Source: Takakia lepidozioides (Eukaryota > Plantae > Bryophyta). Taken from it: a stretch of 64,000 bases of DNA. Location: the NCBI GenBank assembly GCA_030704615.1, contig CM060734.1, positions 51,770,001-51,834,000 on the forward strand, read 5' to 3'. The notes beneath the pieces were generated by a model. That model worked only from the letters and a program-made list of their open reading frames with translations, searched no databases and was not told where the DNA came from. Positions 1 to 14,045 of this stretch are shown here, one piece after another; position 1 is the stretch's first letter, and the number at the start of each line of letters is the position of its first letter. The position numbers and the translations under genes are program-made.

Positions 1-726
1 CTCAAGTGCTTCCGGTTGACAAAGCTGGAGAGCCCATTGGACCAGCACGCAATACCTGGCATGCAGCCCTCAAAGGCCAGATGTGGCGTTTGTGTGACAT
101 GTCAATGCATATTGCATTGCACGCAGGATGATCTGTCATTGAAGAAATATACAGGATTCTAAACTCTACATTTGCGTACACGCCACGTGGTCTTGACTAT
201 AGCACATGAGGAAGACACTTGGCATTGCCTTGAAAACCCAAAGACACGATATCCATGCACTGTACAAGGCAGGCGAGGGGAGGCCTGCCGCATCTGAAGG
301 AAGCTCATTGGGACAGGCTAGGAGAGTTGCAGGGTATCGTATTGGCAGACAGCAGGATTCAGCGCAAAAAGTGCCCTCATGAAGGTTGCAAATTCATCAA
401 TCAAGAAGCCTTCAAAAACAGGACGTGGTGGGAAGGCATCTGTTGAGGCTCGGCTTGTAAGTTCACACACCAGTCTTTTTGCCCTCTTTGCCTTGGCTGA
501 TTGTTGTTTATAATGTCAAACAAGGTAAGTCCTAGCAGAAGAGAGTAGAAAAGATTCTCAAGGACCTGGACCTGGATCCGCAAGTCTTGACCCTGCTGGA
601 TAAATCTGACTTAGAGGCTGTAGTGTCTGAAGCCATGTCTGTTGCCATGAGATTGTGTGATGAAAATGAAGTTAGGCAGAGAACTTCCCTGAACTTGTTT
701 CCAGTCAGTGACATGGGGGTGACATC

Positions 727-1135
727 TTGGATGACCAGGGTCTACCCACTCTTGGCACTACAGTGAAATTTAAACTCAGGGCAGGAAGCCTACCTTTGAA
801 CAGCAAACAGAAGCAGAGAGGAAAGGGAGAGTGCAATTGTCCGTTGTGTGGGCAATCTGAAGACAATATTCATTTTTTGATACACTGTCCGGGGTTCTCT
901 CACCAAAGAGACGCTCTTTTCAATTCAATCAAGGGAATTGTGCAAATCACACCCAGCAGATTGATGCTTGTGTGAAGGGTTTTCTAGAGGATATCTGGAA
1001 AACCCGGATTAATTCTTATATGAAGGTAAGTCTTACTACCAACGTCAACCCCTGACTGAGGTAGGTTTTGTTCCTTTTGTTCCCGCTCAAACTGGGCACG
1101 GGGTCAATGGCCACAAGGCTACGGCAAACAACGTC
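727..1135 (+). mobile_element. 3' remnant of a non-LTR (LINE) retrotransposon (zf-RVT-like tail)
   Basis: KFKLRAGSLPLN...CPLCGQSEDNIHFLIHC resembles the C-terminal CCHC of LINE ORF2. The sequence GGTCAATGGCCACAAGGCTACGGCAAA (~1102-1128) recurs identically at ~35780-35806, after another CPMCGQ..HFL fragment. Confidence 0.6.
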
Positions 1136-2086
1136 TTATGAGTACAATGTATAATGGGGTGTCCATTTCCCCCATTTTACACCATGTTACGAGGGAAGTA
1201 CGAAGTGCCACCAAGCTTTGGGCCATGAATTCTCCAAATTATGTGGAGTGCAATCAGGGTTTTCTGAAGGGGTGCTGCCTGTGGAGTGAACTAAAGTGTT
1301 CATTCACCTTGTCAGAAAGTGCTTGTAGGCTTTTCTTTAAGGGGGAGGCAGGTATCTTGAATTACGCTTCGTTTCCCGAGTGCTACTAGCCTTTTCTATT
1401 GCAGGGAGACCCTACCTAGCGCATCTTTAAGGGTGGAGGTGTGTCCAAGAGTCACTTCAATAGCGAATCACTGTGGACTATTTTTTGTGGAAGGAGTATT
1501 TTGTGAGTGCTACGTAGTAGTCATCTGTAAAATTGGGCGAGGTTGCAATCGTCAAGTACAATGGTAATCTTTCTTACTTGGTCCTAGCAAGTGGTCAGTA
1601 ATACAGTTTGCCAGACTTCTTGAAGGAGATAGAGACCCAGTTTTGCAATTTTGTTATGCCTTGGTTACATTTCTGTATTTCTTCCAATTGGGTCTCGCCA
1701 TGGTCAGAATAGTGGTGCAACTTCATGTAAGTTGTCCCTCATGTTCATCAAGAAAGGCAAGTAGAATCGTTTGAAAGTTATATTCGGGGAGTGCGTGGTC
1801 TATGTGACGACGTGATTTTCACCAGTTTCTGCTTAGACATATTGTGTTGATGTCGTTGCCTGAGAGCTGCTCTCATTCTCTGATTTCAGATTATGTGTAC
1901 TGGCAGAGTTGTGAAGCTCCATGAAATTGTTGCTTTCTGAGTTCTGGGCACAACAATTTGTATTAAGCCATTCCCCAAATGAATGAAACTCATTATTAAG
2001 AGCTAATTTGCACTTGATTGTTTCAACCCATGCCTTGATGGTGAGGAAACTAGCCTGCACTCATGCTTGGGCAATTTCCAATGCAC

Positions 2087-4240
2087 GCACAGGAGCGAGG
2101 CCGAAGTCCATCGTTGCATGAAATCCAAGAAGGTTCAGTAAGCAGAACATTGACCAGCGAGCGGATGGTGAGATTCGAGCAAATCATTCTTTCTCCCATT
2201 TTTTGTCGATTATTTTGTTCTAGGCATTTTCCCTACCAACGGCATGATGTTCTCATGTTGTTCATGGACTTGCGTGGACCTGGCAAGAGGGGACCTCTGG
2301 GTATTCAGCAGTTGCTCGCAAAGTGGAGGATATTGAAAGAGCACAGGGTGCACAACACAAAGATATAATGGATTTGAAGGCTACAATATCGCATGTGATG
2401 ATGTACCAAAAGGCCATGGCAGAGAAATTTGGGATCGGCATTTCCTCACCTGCCTTAGTGGGCTCATCCATAGCAAACAGCTCGTGCATCGCTGGCCCTT
2501 CAGCCTCGAGACGTCTGGAGGACAGGTTTGACTTGCCTGGCATGTCACCAGGTAACGTCACTCCAGTTGATGCATTCGAGGATGATGTGCAGGTGGAGCA
2601 TGTTGGCCCAGGTGGAGGGGAGGACACCCCTACCAAGGAACTTACGCGTCCTCGTGCAGTTCTGTCACACTGTGCGGTAGTGGAGGCGCATGCAGAATTC
2701 CGGCCCGCTGCTGTCGCGGTGGGGGCATCTGAGAGAACCCTGGACATTGACCTTGTTTCCCCACTGGCAGATATTACCCAGCAACCCACGGTTGTCACTT
2801 CCACTCCCAACCTCCAATTCATGAAGGAGAATGTCGTGCACAGAACAGTGGAGAAGGGAAAGCATTTGCTCATCCTAGATATTAATGGCTTGCTGTGTGA
2901 GTGCGTCCATGTCAGGAGCGGTAATGCGTTTGTGGTTCCAAATGGCCTTGAGCACAAATTATGTGGTAGCAAGATGGTCGTTGTAAGGCCTGGTTGCAAA
3001 GCTTTTTTGGACAAGTGTTTTGAACACTTTGAAGTGGCAGCATGGTCTTGTATGCAACCACGTAACTTCCTACCCACAGTGGACTGGCTTTTCCATGGGC
3101 ACGGTGACCTTGCATTCAAGTGGGATGGGGGATATTGTGAGCAGTCCACTGACATGGATGGGAGCCTGCCCATGAAACCACGGTTTTTGAAGAACCTATC
3201 TACAGTGTGGCGGGGCAACCGTGACTGGAATCCTGAAACGACTCTTCTTGTTACGACACACCGCGCACAAGGGGTCGAACAATCCAGCATACAACGCAAT
3301 TTTCCCAACTGCCTTGGAGAAGTCGTTCTGTAGAGGCGCACAATGATAATTTTCTTCTGACCAGCTTATGGCCCTTCTTGGAGGGGGCAGCTAAGGCTCC
3401 GAGCATTCCAGAATATCTCAAAGGGAAACCCACATTTGGGCAACAAGCTATCAGCCCTCGAGCCATTCAGCCTCGCCAGGTAACATACTTTGTAGTGTGG
3501 TACACTCCGTGGTCGAATTTTTGTGTGACTCCCTTGCCATTGCCAGCCTCATTTGTGCTTAAGTTGTGGCAGTAATCAACCTTGTGATAGAGTTTGTCAA
3601 ATTACTGTCGCAGTGTGAACTGCAGGCATTGACAGTGAATGGTGCATCTTATTGTGTTACTGTCATTTGAGTTCCCAGTGTATGCCAAAATACATTTTTG
3701 GTGCTTGTTGGTTGGTTGTAGGTGCTTGGCCACGAACGAGGCCCCCAAGTCAAAAGGCAGCACACCTTCACCCTTTCAGGAAGTCGACACCACTGATCCC
3801 TAATTCGCAGAATGGGGTAAGTGTATGCATCTGCTATTCTCCCCTTCCCGACCTGGATAGACAAATTGTTATTAGCTCATTGTAGACCTTGTAAACACAA
3901 TACTTTGCACGATCCGTGTTCCATAATTCTCATGCAATCTGCCATGTTTGGGGTGGGATGGCAGTTCGTGGTGGGAGACCATGTCAAGCTCATAGACACT
4001 GTTTCGCGATCAACAGCCGGATCTGGCCGCATTGTTGGTCTCCAAGGGATGGAGTGAAGGGTACCCTGTCGTGCCAGAAGGCTATATAGCCATCCACATT
4101 GATGATGTCCGCATTCCCAATGCCACTCTACCATATCACAACAATCCATGAAGCCTCATCACACTGAGTTGGGAGACACTGTAGGTTACATTACTGTGTG
4201 GAGTGACAAACTAGTGAAGACCTTGCAGACAAAGAGATGA
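2087..4240 (+). pseudogene. CACTA/EnSpm TnpA-like gene with internal FCP1/NIF-type HAD phosphatase domain (copy 1, spliced, frameshifted)
   Basis: ORF 2323-3333 has HLLILDINGLL, VVRPGCKAFL, FEVAAWS, LKNLSTVW and (after a frameshift) DTPHKG.NNP.YNAIFP = NIF/FCP1-like HAD fold. Downstream exon ~3960-4240 (GDHVKL..GSGRIVG..PLPY..LGDTVGYITVWS) resembles the Tnp1/EnSpm C-terminal domain. Collinear with the copy at 37631-39850. Confidence 0.6.
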
Positions 4241-4599
4241 GGCAGGTCGGCACGCATTGTGGATTTCATGGGGATTTCCACCTCTGCCTCATCCGGATTT
4301 GGCAACTACGGTAACTTATAGTAGTGACAGATTCTCTGAATTGACTGTCCAATTTTGATAGCAACCACATGTTGGATTTCCTCATGCATGTTGTTGCAAA
4401 CTTATGCCTCATTAATGAGCAATGTGGTGGTAGGTGGTATGTCCCCATTGCACACACTATGGTTGGTAATGTTGCTGCTGGGAGAATGTGGTTGATAATG
4501 GTGATGCTGGATGGTGATGTTGCTGCTATTTGTGCTCTTTCAGAATTACGTCTGTGCCACTTCTGTGCCTAAAGTCTTGCTGTATACATGATTGTGATG

Positions 4600-5360
4600 T
4601 TGTATGGCATATGCACGTGGCACCCTATTGGCTGCCTCTGTGGCATATCCACGTGTCCGTCCATAGTCATAACCATGAGTACCGAACCCAATATGATACG
4701 TGTATGAGCATATTACATTCCGACACGTGACCCCCTAAGGTCCCCGCGCAGTTGGTCTTATGACTCCATATGCAAAACGTCCAGTCAAATGTATGTCTAC
4801 GAAGCAGCATGTGAGGTTTAGAGGATTATGCACGTGGCACCACGTGGGACTACAACGTCCTCATGGAAAGGGTGATCATGGAATATACCGTACTGCGCCA
4901 GTCGTAGGTATGACTGGCAAGAATCCACCGCAGCTCCCGAAAGTCCAGCACGTGGGCACACACGATCGTGGCACGTGGTGTCCCCAGATGCTGCCACGTG
5001 TTGATACTAATTTCCCCAAGACATATATGTGACTGCGAAGCCCCGTCCCCCACAGTGACACATGGCATTGATATGTTGCACCACGCGTTTCTTCTACGAC
5101 GCGACACGTGCTGTCGTTTAGTTCCCTTGTCCGCTGTCATAGCTGGCAGTCAGGGATGGCGTCGCAGTCTGACACGTGGCATGTTATGTAGCTAGCACGT
5201 GTCTACCTTACACCGCGGCTGACATGGACTACACTGTCCGTTCAGTCATTTTGTAATGCCAGCGTGTATGACTACCCCCACAGATGCTCTGGCACCACGT
5301 CACAGCCAGCCTGGAGAGTCATATCTGCCGTAAGTGTTGCCAACAGATGCAAATCAGTGC
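4600..5360. repeat. CACGTG/ACACGTG/GACTAC-rich subterminal repeat region of a putative CACTA element
   Basis: Dense short motifs (cacgtg, gacacgtg, gactac) in both orientations downstream of the TnpA-like gene. Same character as 36460-37100. Confidence 0.5.
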
Positions 5361-5530
5361 TCATTCATTCGAAAGCACCACAAGAGATGAATGAAAAGAC
5401 ACCTGCAGGGACTATTAGAGGACTGTCGGGGACTTAGACACTTATACGGGATCTGTAGGGTACCCTTAATTTTTGCACAGACTGAGACCAACAGGAGCCT
5501 TAGGAGTAACAGCAGCGCACTGTAGAGGGG

Positions 5531-6420
5531 GGTTACACAGCCCGTCACAGTCGTCACAGCCGACACAGCCAACACACCCGTCACAGTCGTCACAGCCAAC
5601 ACAGCCCGTCACAATCGTCACAGTCGACACAGCCACAACAGCCAACAGCCGACACAGCCCGTCACACAGTCGTCACATCAGACCAACCGACACGCCACAC
5701 ATCAGTCACAGCCCGACACAGCCAACACAGTCGCACAGCCAGTCACAGCCCGTCACAGTTTCACACAGCCAGTCACAGCTTGACACAGCTGTCACGATCA
5801 TAGGGTTCGGAGAGCAGGACAGGGAACGACTGTGGGGAACAACACCTGCGAAGGGAACATGTTAGTTCACAGACGACGGTTAGTGAGGGAAACGGTTAGA
5901 ACCACGGGTAGGAAGATAAAGGGAGAAGCGGGGAATTTTGAGGGACATCATTTGGAGGATGACTTCTTGGTCATGGAGGAGAGGGGATGGGGCAGAGATG
6001 AAGAACGGAAGTGAAGATAGAGAGATGATGAGTAGATGCTTGATATATGCAAGGCTGTAATGATATTGTAGAGCAGATTAGAGACACAATGGCTTCGGCC
6101 TGATACTTGATAAATCATAATCGAATACTTTTACGAACAATCACATTGTGTAGAGAGATCTGAGTGAAGCTGTGGAATGAATGGATGAGTTGATGGAATC
6201 CAATAGATTGATAAAGCAAACTGATACTTAATTATCAATGGTAAGATAGCTAACATGAATACCAAAAGGGAAACAAATAGGAAACACCCCCATGATACAC
6301 TAGCTGTAGGTCATGACTGATTGTTCTGCGCGGGCTGAGTACTTAGAGATTTCCAACTCTTCTATCTTGGAGTTTCCGCCTCGAATAGCGAAGGGATGGG
6401 TGAGTAAAAGCCGTGCGACA
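5531..6420 (+). repeat. 5' LTR of Gypsy element 1
   Basis: Near-identical to 17523-18379 (about 10 substitutions and 2 indels by eye over the ~660 bp unique part). Ends in CA; starts GG rather than TG. First ~260 bp is a CACAGCC/GTCACA tandem repeat. Confidence 0.92.
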
Positions 6421-6422
6421 TT

Positions 6423-6440
6423 TGGCGACCATACTGGGAA
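6423..6440 (+). promoter_or_regulatory. Primer binding site (tRNA-type, TGGCGACCATACTGGGA)
   Basis: TGG (complement of tRNA CCA) begins 2 nt after the LTR-terminal CA; priming tRNA not identified. Confidence 0.75.
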
Positions 6441-7849
6441 CTAAGTAATGAACAACCAGATGTGACAGGCATCTGGTGGGATCATGGTGGTTGGACCATT
6501 AAAGAATTTGAAGTGAATCAAATTCCCTGTGGAACGAAGGAGAAAAGATTGTCCAAACAATTCTTTCAAAGGTTCTTGGAATTGCCAGACGGTTGTAAGG
6601 AAAATATTCTTAAGCGAGTGCATGATGCTGATCCGGAATGGGGTCTGGAGAAAGGAGTGATAAAGATTTATCAGGTAGCCTGTAGAGGAAGAGCACGTTG
6701 GTTACCAACATTGGTATATGTGATAGCATTGCTATCCATTAAGCGAGTAGAGTTTGAAGGCGGGGAAGAAAGAAAGGTGAATGTTTATACTCATATGCAT
6801 GAAGAGCTTGTACTGGTAAGAATTGGATTCCAAAGGATATTTTGTGGATCAAACTCACACCAAGAACAGCTTTTCAGACTTGTTTGCCATATGGTTATAT
6901 GGTAACGGAGACTTCAAGTATAGCCAAGGGTGCATTGAAGGTTGAAAGAAACCCAGGCATATACGAGAGATATTACAGAAGAGAGTTTTGGTTATTGCCA
7001 CATTAAAAGAAATGAAAGACATGGGACATGAGTGATGAAAGAGAAGCTAGACGCCAGAGATATTCAGCAAAGAGAAAAGCTATCTGAAAGCTAATTATCC
7101 ATATCTTGGGAGAGAGAATAGACATAGGGGAATCATCTGGACCTCTCACACCATTAAGATCAAAGAGTACATCACCCATACCGGAAAACTAGAGTTGGAT
7201 GCCACTCCTTCGGTTTCTTTGCAAGAAAGATTAAGGGAATTGGTACAGGAAGAAGATCAATCACGAGGTGAAAGATCTGAGGTACATCCCTGGATAAAGA
7301 TTTGACAGAAATCTTTGATAAGAGTTGGCATGGAACACCAAAAGCACGAACTCCAGCTTCTAAAGCAGACGGTGAAGAAGGAGAAGAGGATGTGGCAGAG
7401 CCAACGGAGAGTTCAGACTCTCCAACACCACTACAGTTGAGTTACATGAGTGAAGAAGAAACCCAAGGGCAGAACTTGGAGGATGAAAACAGAGAGAAGA
7501 AATTGGAAGAGGAAGGATATGAAGAAGTAGACCCAACAGCTGAGGTTGAGACTACAACCAGGACATCCCAACCCGTTGGACCTGGATCAAGTGGAACACT
7601 TGGATCACAGGCCAACGAAGGTGTCGGCTCAGGGGGATCAGGCGGGCTGCCTGGATCTGGCTCTGGGGGGACAGGGAGTGTGGGAAGTAGTGCAACTGAA
7701 GCTGGGAATACCGTGAATATCGTGGGGCTGGAAGCAGGAGTGCTCAAGGCCCCCACTTGGTGGAAGATCCACCACAAAAACAACAGGTCCAGGAGGACCA
7801 GCACCAGCAAGGGTGCCAGCACCTGTCAGTAGGCAGAAGGTAGGGCCAC

Positions 7850-9124
7850 AGATGGCGTTACAACCAACACGGGCAAAACCACCCTTTCCAATATATTCAG
7901 GAAAAGGGATCCCGATGTACACATTAGCCAATTTGAGCACATGTGTATAGTGAACAATGAGAATGGCGATGTGCCAAGATGAGATTGTTTCCTTGTTCAC
8001 TTATCAAGAAAGCAAGTGAATGGTATGCAAGATTCCCTGATAATCATTTCCTAACCTGGAATGGCTTGAATACACATTTCGAAATAGGTTCAGGACAAGT
8101 AAAACTGAGGATGAAGTGTATGGGAGTTTACAACAGCTTAAGCAGAAGAAGCATGAAACTGTTGAAGGTATATGGAAAGATGGAATTGATGATGAAAAAC
8201 TGGCTGCAGTACCAGCACCCGGTTTACAGAAGACTTGGTTTGTGAGTGGACTAAGACCGGAGTTGCAGAAGAAAGTGATATGTTACCCCATAATACAGTG
8301 GAGGAGGCATTTGAAACTGCTAACAGAATTGAGCAATTGGGAATGCTCAGGAGAGAGAAAGGATGATGAGGACTCTGAGGATGAGTCAGATGAAGAAGAA
8401 GAGCAAGAACTAAAAAGAAAGAGTAAGAGAAAGGAGTTGAAGAGGGATAACTATGAAAAAAAATTGGAAGAAATCTTGAAGAAGTATGCCACAGAGGCTG
8501 CAACACATTGGAGGAAGGGTGTATGGTGTGCAAAGTGCCAGAATGAAGGCCATACCACCACAGAATGCCACCTGAAGGAGAAACACTGTACTATCTATAA
8601 AATGGATAACCATTCTACTGAGAATTGTTACTACAACAGAAGGACAGCTGCAAGAGAACCTAGGTAAGTAAGGGTGCATCAGTGCAGCCCCCAGCCAAGA
8701 AAACAATGATCAGGACCACTATCGTAGGTCTGGTGGTTATAACAATGGCATGGAAGGGAGAGGTAATTCAAGAGGGAATTACCAAGGAAATTCCAGAGGC
8801 AACTATCAGGGTAATCCAAGGGGGAATTACCAGCCCGGGAATCAGGATTATAGAAATAATCCAAGAACAGACCAAGGGCGAGGACCCAATAGTGAAGAAC
8901 TATGTTACTATTGTAATCAGCCAGGACATCGTAGGGCAGCCTGTTCATTCTGGATAAGACACCAAAATGAGATGAGAGCTCCTGTGAATGAGGGCCCAGT
9001 GGTGGCAGCTCACATGGTTAGGCCATGTGTTGTACCAGAAGTAAGTACAATGATAGTAATAAGAAGTAAAGCCAAACTAATACCTCCAGTAGTAGAGGAA
9101 GAAATGATAATGAAGGTGCAATGA
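7850..9124 (+). pseudogene. gag: Gypsy gag (capsid + CCHC zinc knuckles), frameshifted
   Basis: LFPCSL..KASEWY...TW retrotrans_gag-like segment; WFVSGLRPEL; knuckles CAKCQNEGHTTTEC and CYYCNQPGHRRAAC; GNYQGNSR repeats. Confidence 0.85.
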
Positions 9125-9289
9125 TATGCCTAAAATGAAGAGACTTGGAAGATGAGAAGGAACTGCGCAAGGAAGTGGCAATACTAATAGGGAAATGCAA
9201 AAGTACTGATATTCCTGTGGCAATTCCTCTGATTCTGATGGAGAAGAAGAAGGGAGTGAGGAAGAAAGGAAGAAAGATAAGATGCAGAC

Positions 9290-12200
9290 ATGCAAAGTAA
9301 TGAAGAGACTTTGGCTGAAGTAATATGCCAGACCAAAGCAGAAATTACCATTGGACAGCTATTAGCTGTGGCACCTTATTGTAGGCACAGGCTGTATCAA
9401 GCAATCAATCGAATTGCCCAAGAGACAGGAAACACAGACCTGAACAGCAAGGTGACCAGTTATAATGTGAAGCCGGAAGGGCGAGAAACAGTCATGGACT
9501 TTGATGATTCTATGCCAGTAATCCAATTGAGAATTGGAAGCACAGAACTAACTGATGTACTGATAGATGGAGGTTCTGGAGTAAATATCATGACAGACCA
9601 ATTAAGGAAGAAGAAGCTTGGTCTAAGTAACATGAAACCAGCCCCATTTACAGTAACAATGGCAGATCAAAGAAGTGTACAGCCATTGGGATTAATAAGA
9701 GGAGTTAAGATACAGATACAGAAAATGATCTTTATGATCACAGTAACTGTGTTGAAAATGGATGAAGTCATGGAGGCTTACTCCTTATTATTGGGACGTC
9801 CGTGGCTGAAACAGGCCAGGGTATTCCATGACTGGAATTCTCAGTTACTAACCGTGCATAATGGGATACACGAGATACAAATTACCACAAAGAAATCTAG
9901 TAGATTACCTGCTACAAGAAGACCTCGAGGAGTCAGAGAGTATGACTGGAAAGGAGGACTGGATGAGGAGCAGGAAGCTACCCTATTTGCTGCACCCAGA
10001 GTGGGAGCAGGTTGCAGAGATGCGGCTGGAAAGCCTAAGTTGTTTGAGAGGTATCTGCTGTGGTGTAGTGACAGCAACACCAACTGAAGAGGAAACCAGC
10101 ATTTACCCATCACATTTCTATGAAGAAAGAGAAGGAGAAATAGAAATCCTAGAAGAACCAGCCACTGTGAGCTTACAGGATGAAGTGGTGACTGGTTGGA
10201 CAATCACAGCTGATGAGCAGGTGAGGGAAGTAAATGTGGGAACTAAAGAGGAACCGAGGATGGTGAAAGTAGGAGCTGATTTGGAGCCGGAATTCTTCGA
10301 AGAAGCTAAAAGCTTGTTCATCAAATACAGAGATGTATTTGCTTGGAGCTATGAGGATCTAAAAGGGATACCACCTGAAGTCTGTCAGCATAAGATTGAA
10401 CTGGAACCAGGGTCAGTACCAATCAAGCAGGCGAGGTATAGAATGAATCCCAACTACGCACAGAAGGTTGGAGAAGAGATAAAGAAGTTGGCTGAGGCTA
10501 AGTTTATATACCCAATAGAGTATACAACTTGGTTGTCACCCATTGTTATAGTTCCCAAGAAGAATGGCAAACTAAGAGTATGTGTGAACTATAAGAAGCT
10601 GAATGCTTGTACGAAGAAAGATCCTTTCCCTTTGCCATTCACAGAAGCAGTATTAGACACTGTGGCAGGCCATGAGATGTACTCATTCATGGATGGCTTC
10701 AGTGGTTATAATCAAGTGCAAGTGGCAGAAGAAGACCAAGGGAAAACAGCTTTCATCACAGACTGGGGGGCTTATGCATACAAGTCATGCCCTTTGGACT
10801 TTGTAATGCACCAGCGACCTTTCAGAGAGTGATAAGTGAATCTTTTCATGAGTATCTGGATGATTTCATGCAGGTATTCTTGGATGATTTCAGTGTGTAC
10901 AGCTCTAAGAATGAGCACTTGCATAAATTGGAGTTATGTTTGGCCAGATGCAGGATGAGAGGTCTGGGCTGAATCCAGAGAAGTGTACTTTCTGTGTGAA
11001 CTCAGGGGTGCTTCTGGGACACATTGTGTGTAAGAAGGGACTCCTTGTGGATCCCAGAAAGACAGAGTCCATTAAAGCCTCTCCACCACCAGTGAATGTT
11101 AAAAGTCTAAGGAGATTCCTTGGGCAAACCAGTTATTACAGAAGATTTGTCAAAAGGTATGCACAAATAGCAGCACCATTGAGCAAACTACTGAAGAAAG
11201 ATGCAGTGTTTGCCTGGACAGCTGAATGTCAACAGGCGTTTGAGGAACTTACACTGTCAGTAACAACTACACCTGTGCTGATTAACCCTCACTGGCATGT
11301 AGTATTTCATGTTCACTGCGATGCATCAGGAGAAGCGTTGGGAGCGGTGTTAGCCCAGAATGTTACAGGAAATATAGATTCACCTGTGTACTATGCTAGC
11401 CGGTTGATGAACAGTGCTGAGAAAGGAACTATAGCACAACGGAAAGAGAAGCATTGGCAATGATCTATGCAGTGAAGAAATTCAGGCATTACCTGTTGGG
11501 CAAGAAGTTTATATTTTTATGTGGATCACCAGGCTCTGATATACCTGGTAAACAAACCTCTGATAAGCGGAAGAATAGCAAGATGGTTGATAATCTTGCA
11601 CGAGTTTGAGTTCGAGGTTGTTTACAAGCCTTGCATCTTGTGGCGGATCATTTGTCACGGTTATCAACAGGAGAGAGCCGCCACAGGAATAGATGATCAA
11701 TTACCAGATGCGAGTTTCTTTGCAGTGGAGGTGCAGGGAAGTGCAGATGAATGGTTAGATTGGCAGTGGCCAATCAGATACTACCTTGCTCATGGTCAGT
11801 GCCCACCTAGTTATGGTAAGGAGCAGAGGAAGAGAATCGCTATCAAAGCTTTACCTTATACTATGGTAGGAAGCAGAATGTATAAGCTAGGACCTGATGG
11901 AGTACTAAAACGATGCTTGTACCACCATGAAGTAAATAAAGTTTTGGAGGAAGTTCATAAAGGAGTGGCTGGAGGTCATTTTGGAGAAGACTACCAGTAG
12001 GAAGATACTACTCGCAGGTTACTGGTGGCCTACTTTGTTCAAAGATGTACACGAGTATTGTCAGAGTGTGATGAATGTCAGAGGCTAGGACCTTTGCAGA
12101 GATCTGGAAGGATGGCCTTGCATCCTACAATGCCTACGGAACCATTTCAGAAATGGGGACTAGACTTTGTTGGACCAATTAACCCACCAGCCAAGAATAC

Positions 12201-12990
12201 ACGAAACAGGTACATAATTACAGCCACTGATTATACTACGAAGTGGGTGGAAGCTAAAGCTTTGAGGGACAACACAGCCAAGTCCACAGCAAGGTTCCTG
12301 TACGAGAACATACTTACACGATTTGGCTGTCCCTTAGAATTTATCAGTGATCAGGAAGTCACTTCATGAATGAGACCATTGAGTTGTTGACTAAAGAGTT
12401 CATGATTGTGCATAGAAAGAGTACAACATATTACCCACAGGGTAATGGGCAGGCAGAGGCTACCAACAAAATACTATGTACTATCTTGGCTAAGATAGTC
12501 AATGCAAACAGAACGGATTGGGATACAAAGCTGCTGACAGCTTTGTGGTCATACAGGACTTCATATAAAGTCACCACTAAGTATACACCATTCCAATTAG
12601 TTTATGGTATGGAAGCCTTACTTCCAGTGGAATTCCTGTTACCTACCATGAGAACGGAGTGGGGAAAAAGAATGGAATTGCAAGATTCCATTAAGGTCAG
12701 GAAACATGAATTATACCATGGAAGAAGTAGTACGTGCTGATGCAGCTGATAATATGACCAGAATTCAGATGAAGAGAAAGGAACAGTTTGATGAAGGCAA
12801 GTTAAAGACTTTTAAGACGGGGATTTGGTTCTATGGTTGCAGAAGAAAGGAAAGATTAAAGCTTCTAAGCTTAAATCACCATGGAAAAGGACCTTATGTC
12901 ATACAAAAGATGTATGATAACAACACCGCCATGTTACAAACCATTAACAAAGAAATGTGGGAAGAGTCAATGCCAATAAGTTGAAGGGGT
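9290..12990 (+). pseudogene. pol: Gypsy pol: aspartic protease, reverse transcriptase, RNase H, integrase (several frameshifts)
   Basis: PR VLIDGGSGVNI...LLLGRPWL; RT KKNGKLRVCVNY, MDGFSGYNQ, MPFGLCNAPATFQ, FLDDF; RH HCDAS; INT H..GGHF, CDECQR, WGLDFVGP, SDQ, GNGQAEATNK; GPY motif near 12890. Confidence 0.95.
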
Positions 12991-13119
12991 ACAGTGGTAT
13001 CCATGACAAACCTTGCAGCATGATTTGCATGTTGAACGCAGAGCAGTCACGGGCTGCAGTTACAACGGAGTATGGAGCACTTGTCGCTAGGCCAGCATAT
13101 ATGACCAGGGCGCCAAACA

Positions 13120-13360
13120 AGCGTGACACAGCCTATCACAGCCCATCAAGGAGCCTATCACAGCATCACACGTCACAGCCATCAACACAAGCCCCATCAC
13201 GACGTGACACAGCCTATCACAGCCCAGCACGGGCGACACAGCCTATCACAACCACCGCGTGTCACAGCCTATCACAGCTTACCACAGCATCACAGCCTAT
13301 CACAGCACAGTATGCCTATCTCAGTATGACACAGCCTCACAGCTCAACACAGCCTACTAG
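13120..13360 (+). repeat. CACAGCCTAT-type short tandem repeat between pol and extra ORF
   Basis: Repeated cacagcctat/cacagc units, related to the repeat at the LTR start. Confidence 0.75.
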
Positions 13361-14045
13361 GGTTACACGATCCATAGAATCAGTGACAGGTGGACAATAA
13401 CTTCAGGAAAAAATGGCTGACGGAAGAAAAAAACGGAAACTAGTTTAAAAATAGACACGTGGAGGTCAGGGGCGCGACACACAGCTGAGAAGGAAGTGCA
13501 AGACAGGTGTCATAAAGAAAGAGGACAAGAACGGCCGTCAAAAGGGATGAAAGGGGCCCATTAATGAATACGGAAAAGGGAAACGGAACGAACGGCAAGT
13601 ACAGAAAAGCGAAATTCTTGTCACATGTGTGATCCTAGTGGACTATCCAGCAGGGAAAGTCCACTAAAGAAAATAAAATCTAAAATCCAGTCACAGCGGA
13701 TACAGCCAATAGAAAACCAGAGAAAGGATCAAGAAAATGGAGGGAAATTGAGCGCAAGAGGCGGCGTCGTTCTGAGTAACGGGCGTCTCGACAGGACAGA
13801 CCATCAATGCTATACTTGGAAACTATGGAGGAACTAACAGACTATACGCTCGCAATATTACTTACGCAGCATAGACACGAAAGAACAGAGCGGAGCTTTT
13901 CTCTTGAGCGATGCTTGCAAGCCCCGCAGGCTTACAAGAAATTACCCATAGCTTTCTGTGGCAACCATACGTTTATGCTTTGTGCACTACAGGCATTTCT
14001 GCAGTTGTTACAGCCAAAACAGTTCTGTGAGTCTAAAATGAGAGA

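Noticed and set aside
5473-5865. Ser/His/Gln/Thr-rich ORFs (also 12957-13400, 17455-17742)
   Set aside because: Products of CACAGCC tandem repeats.
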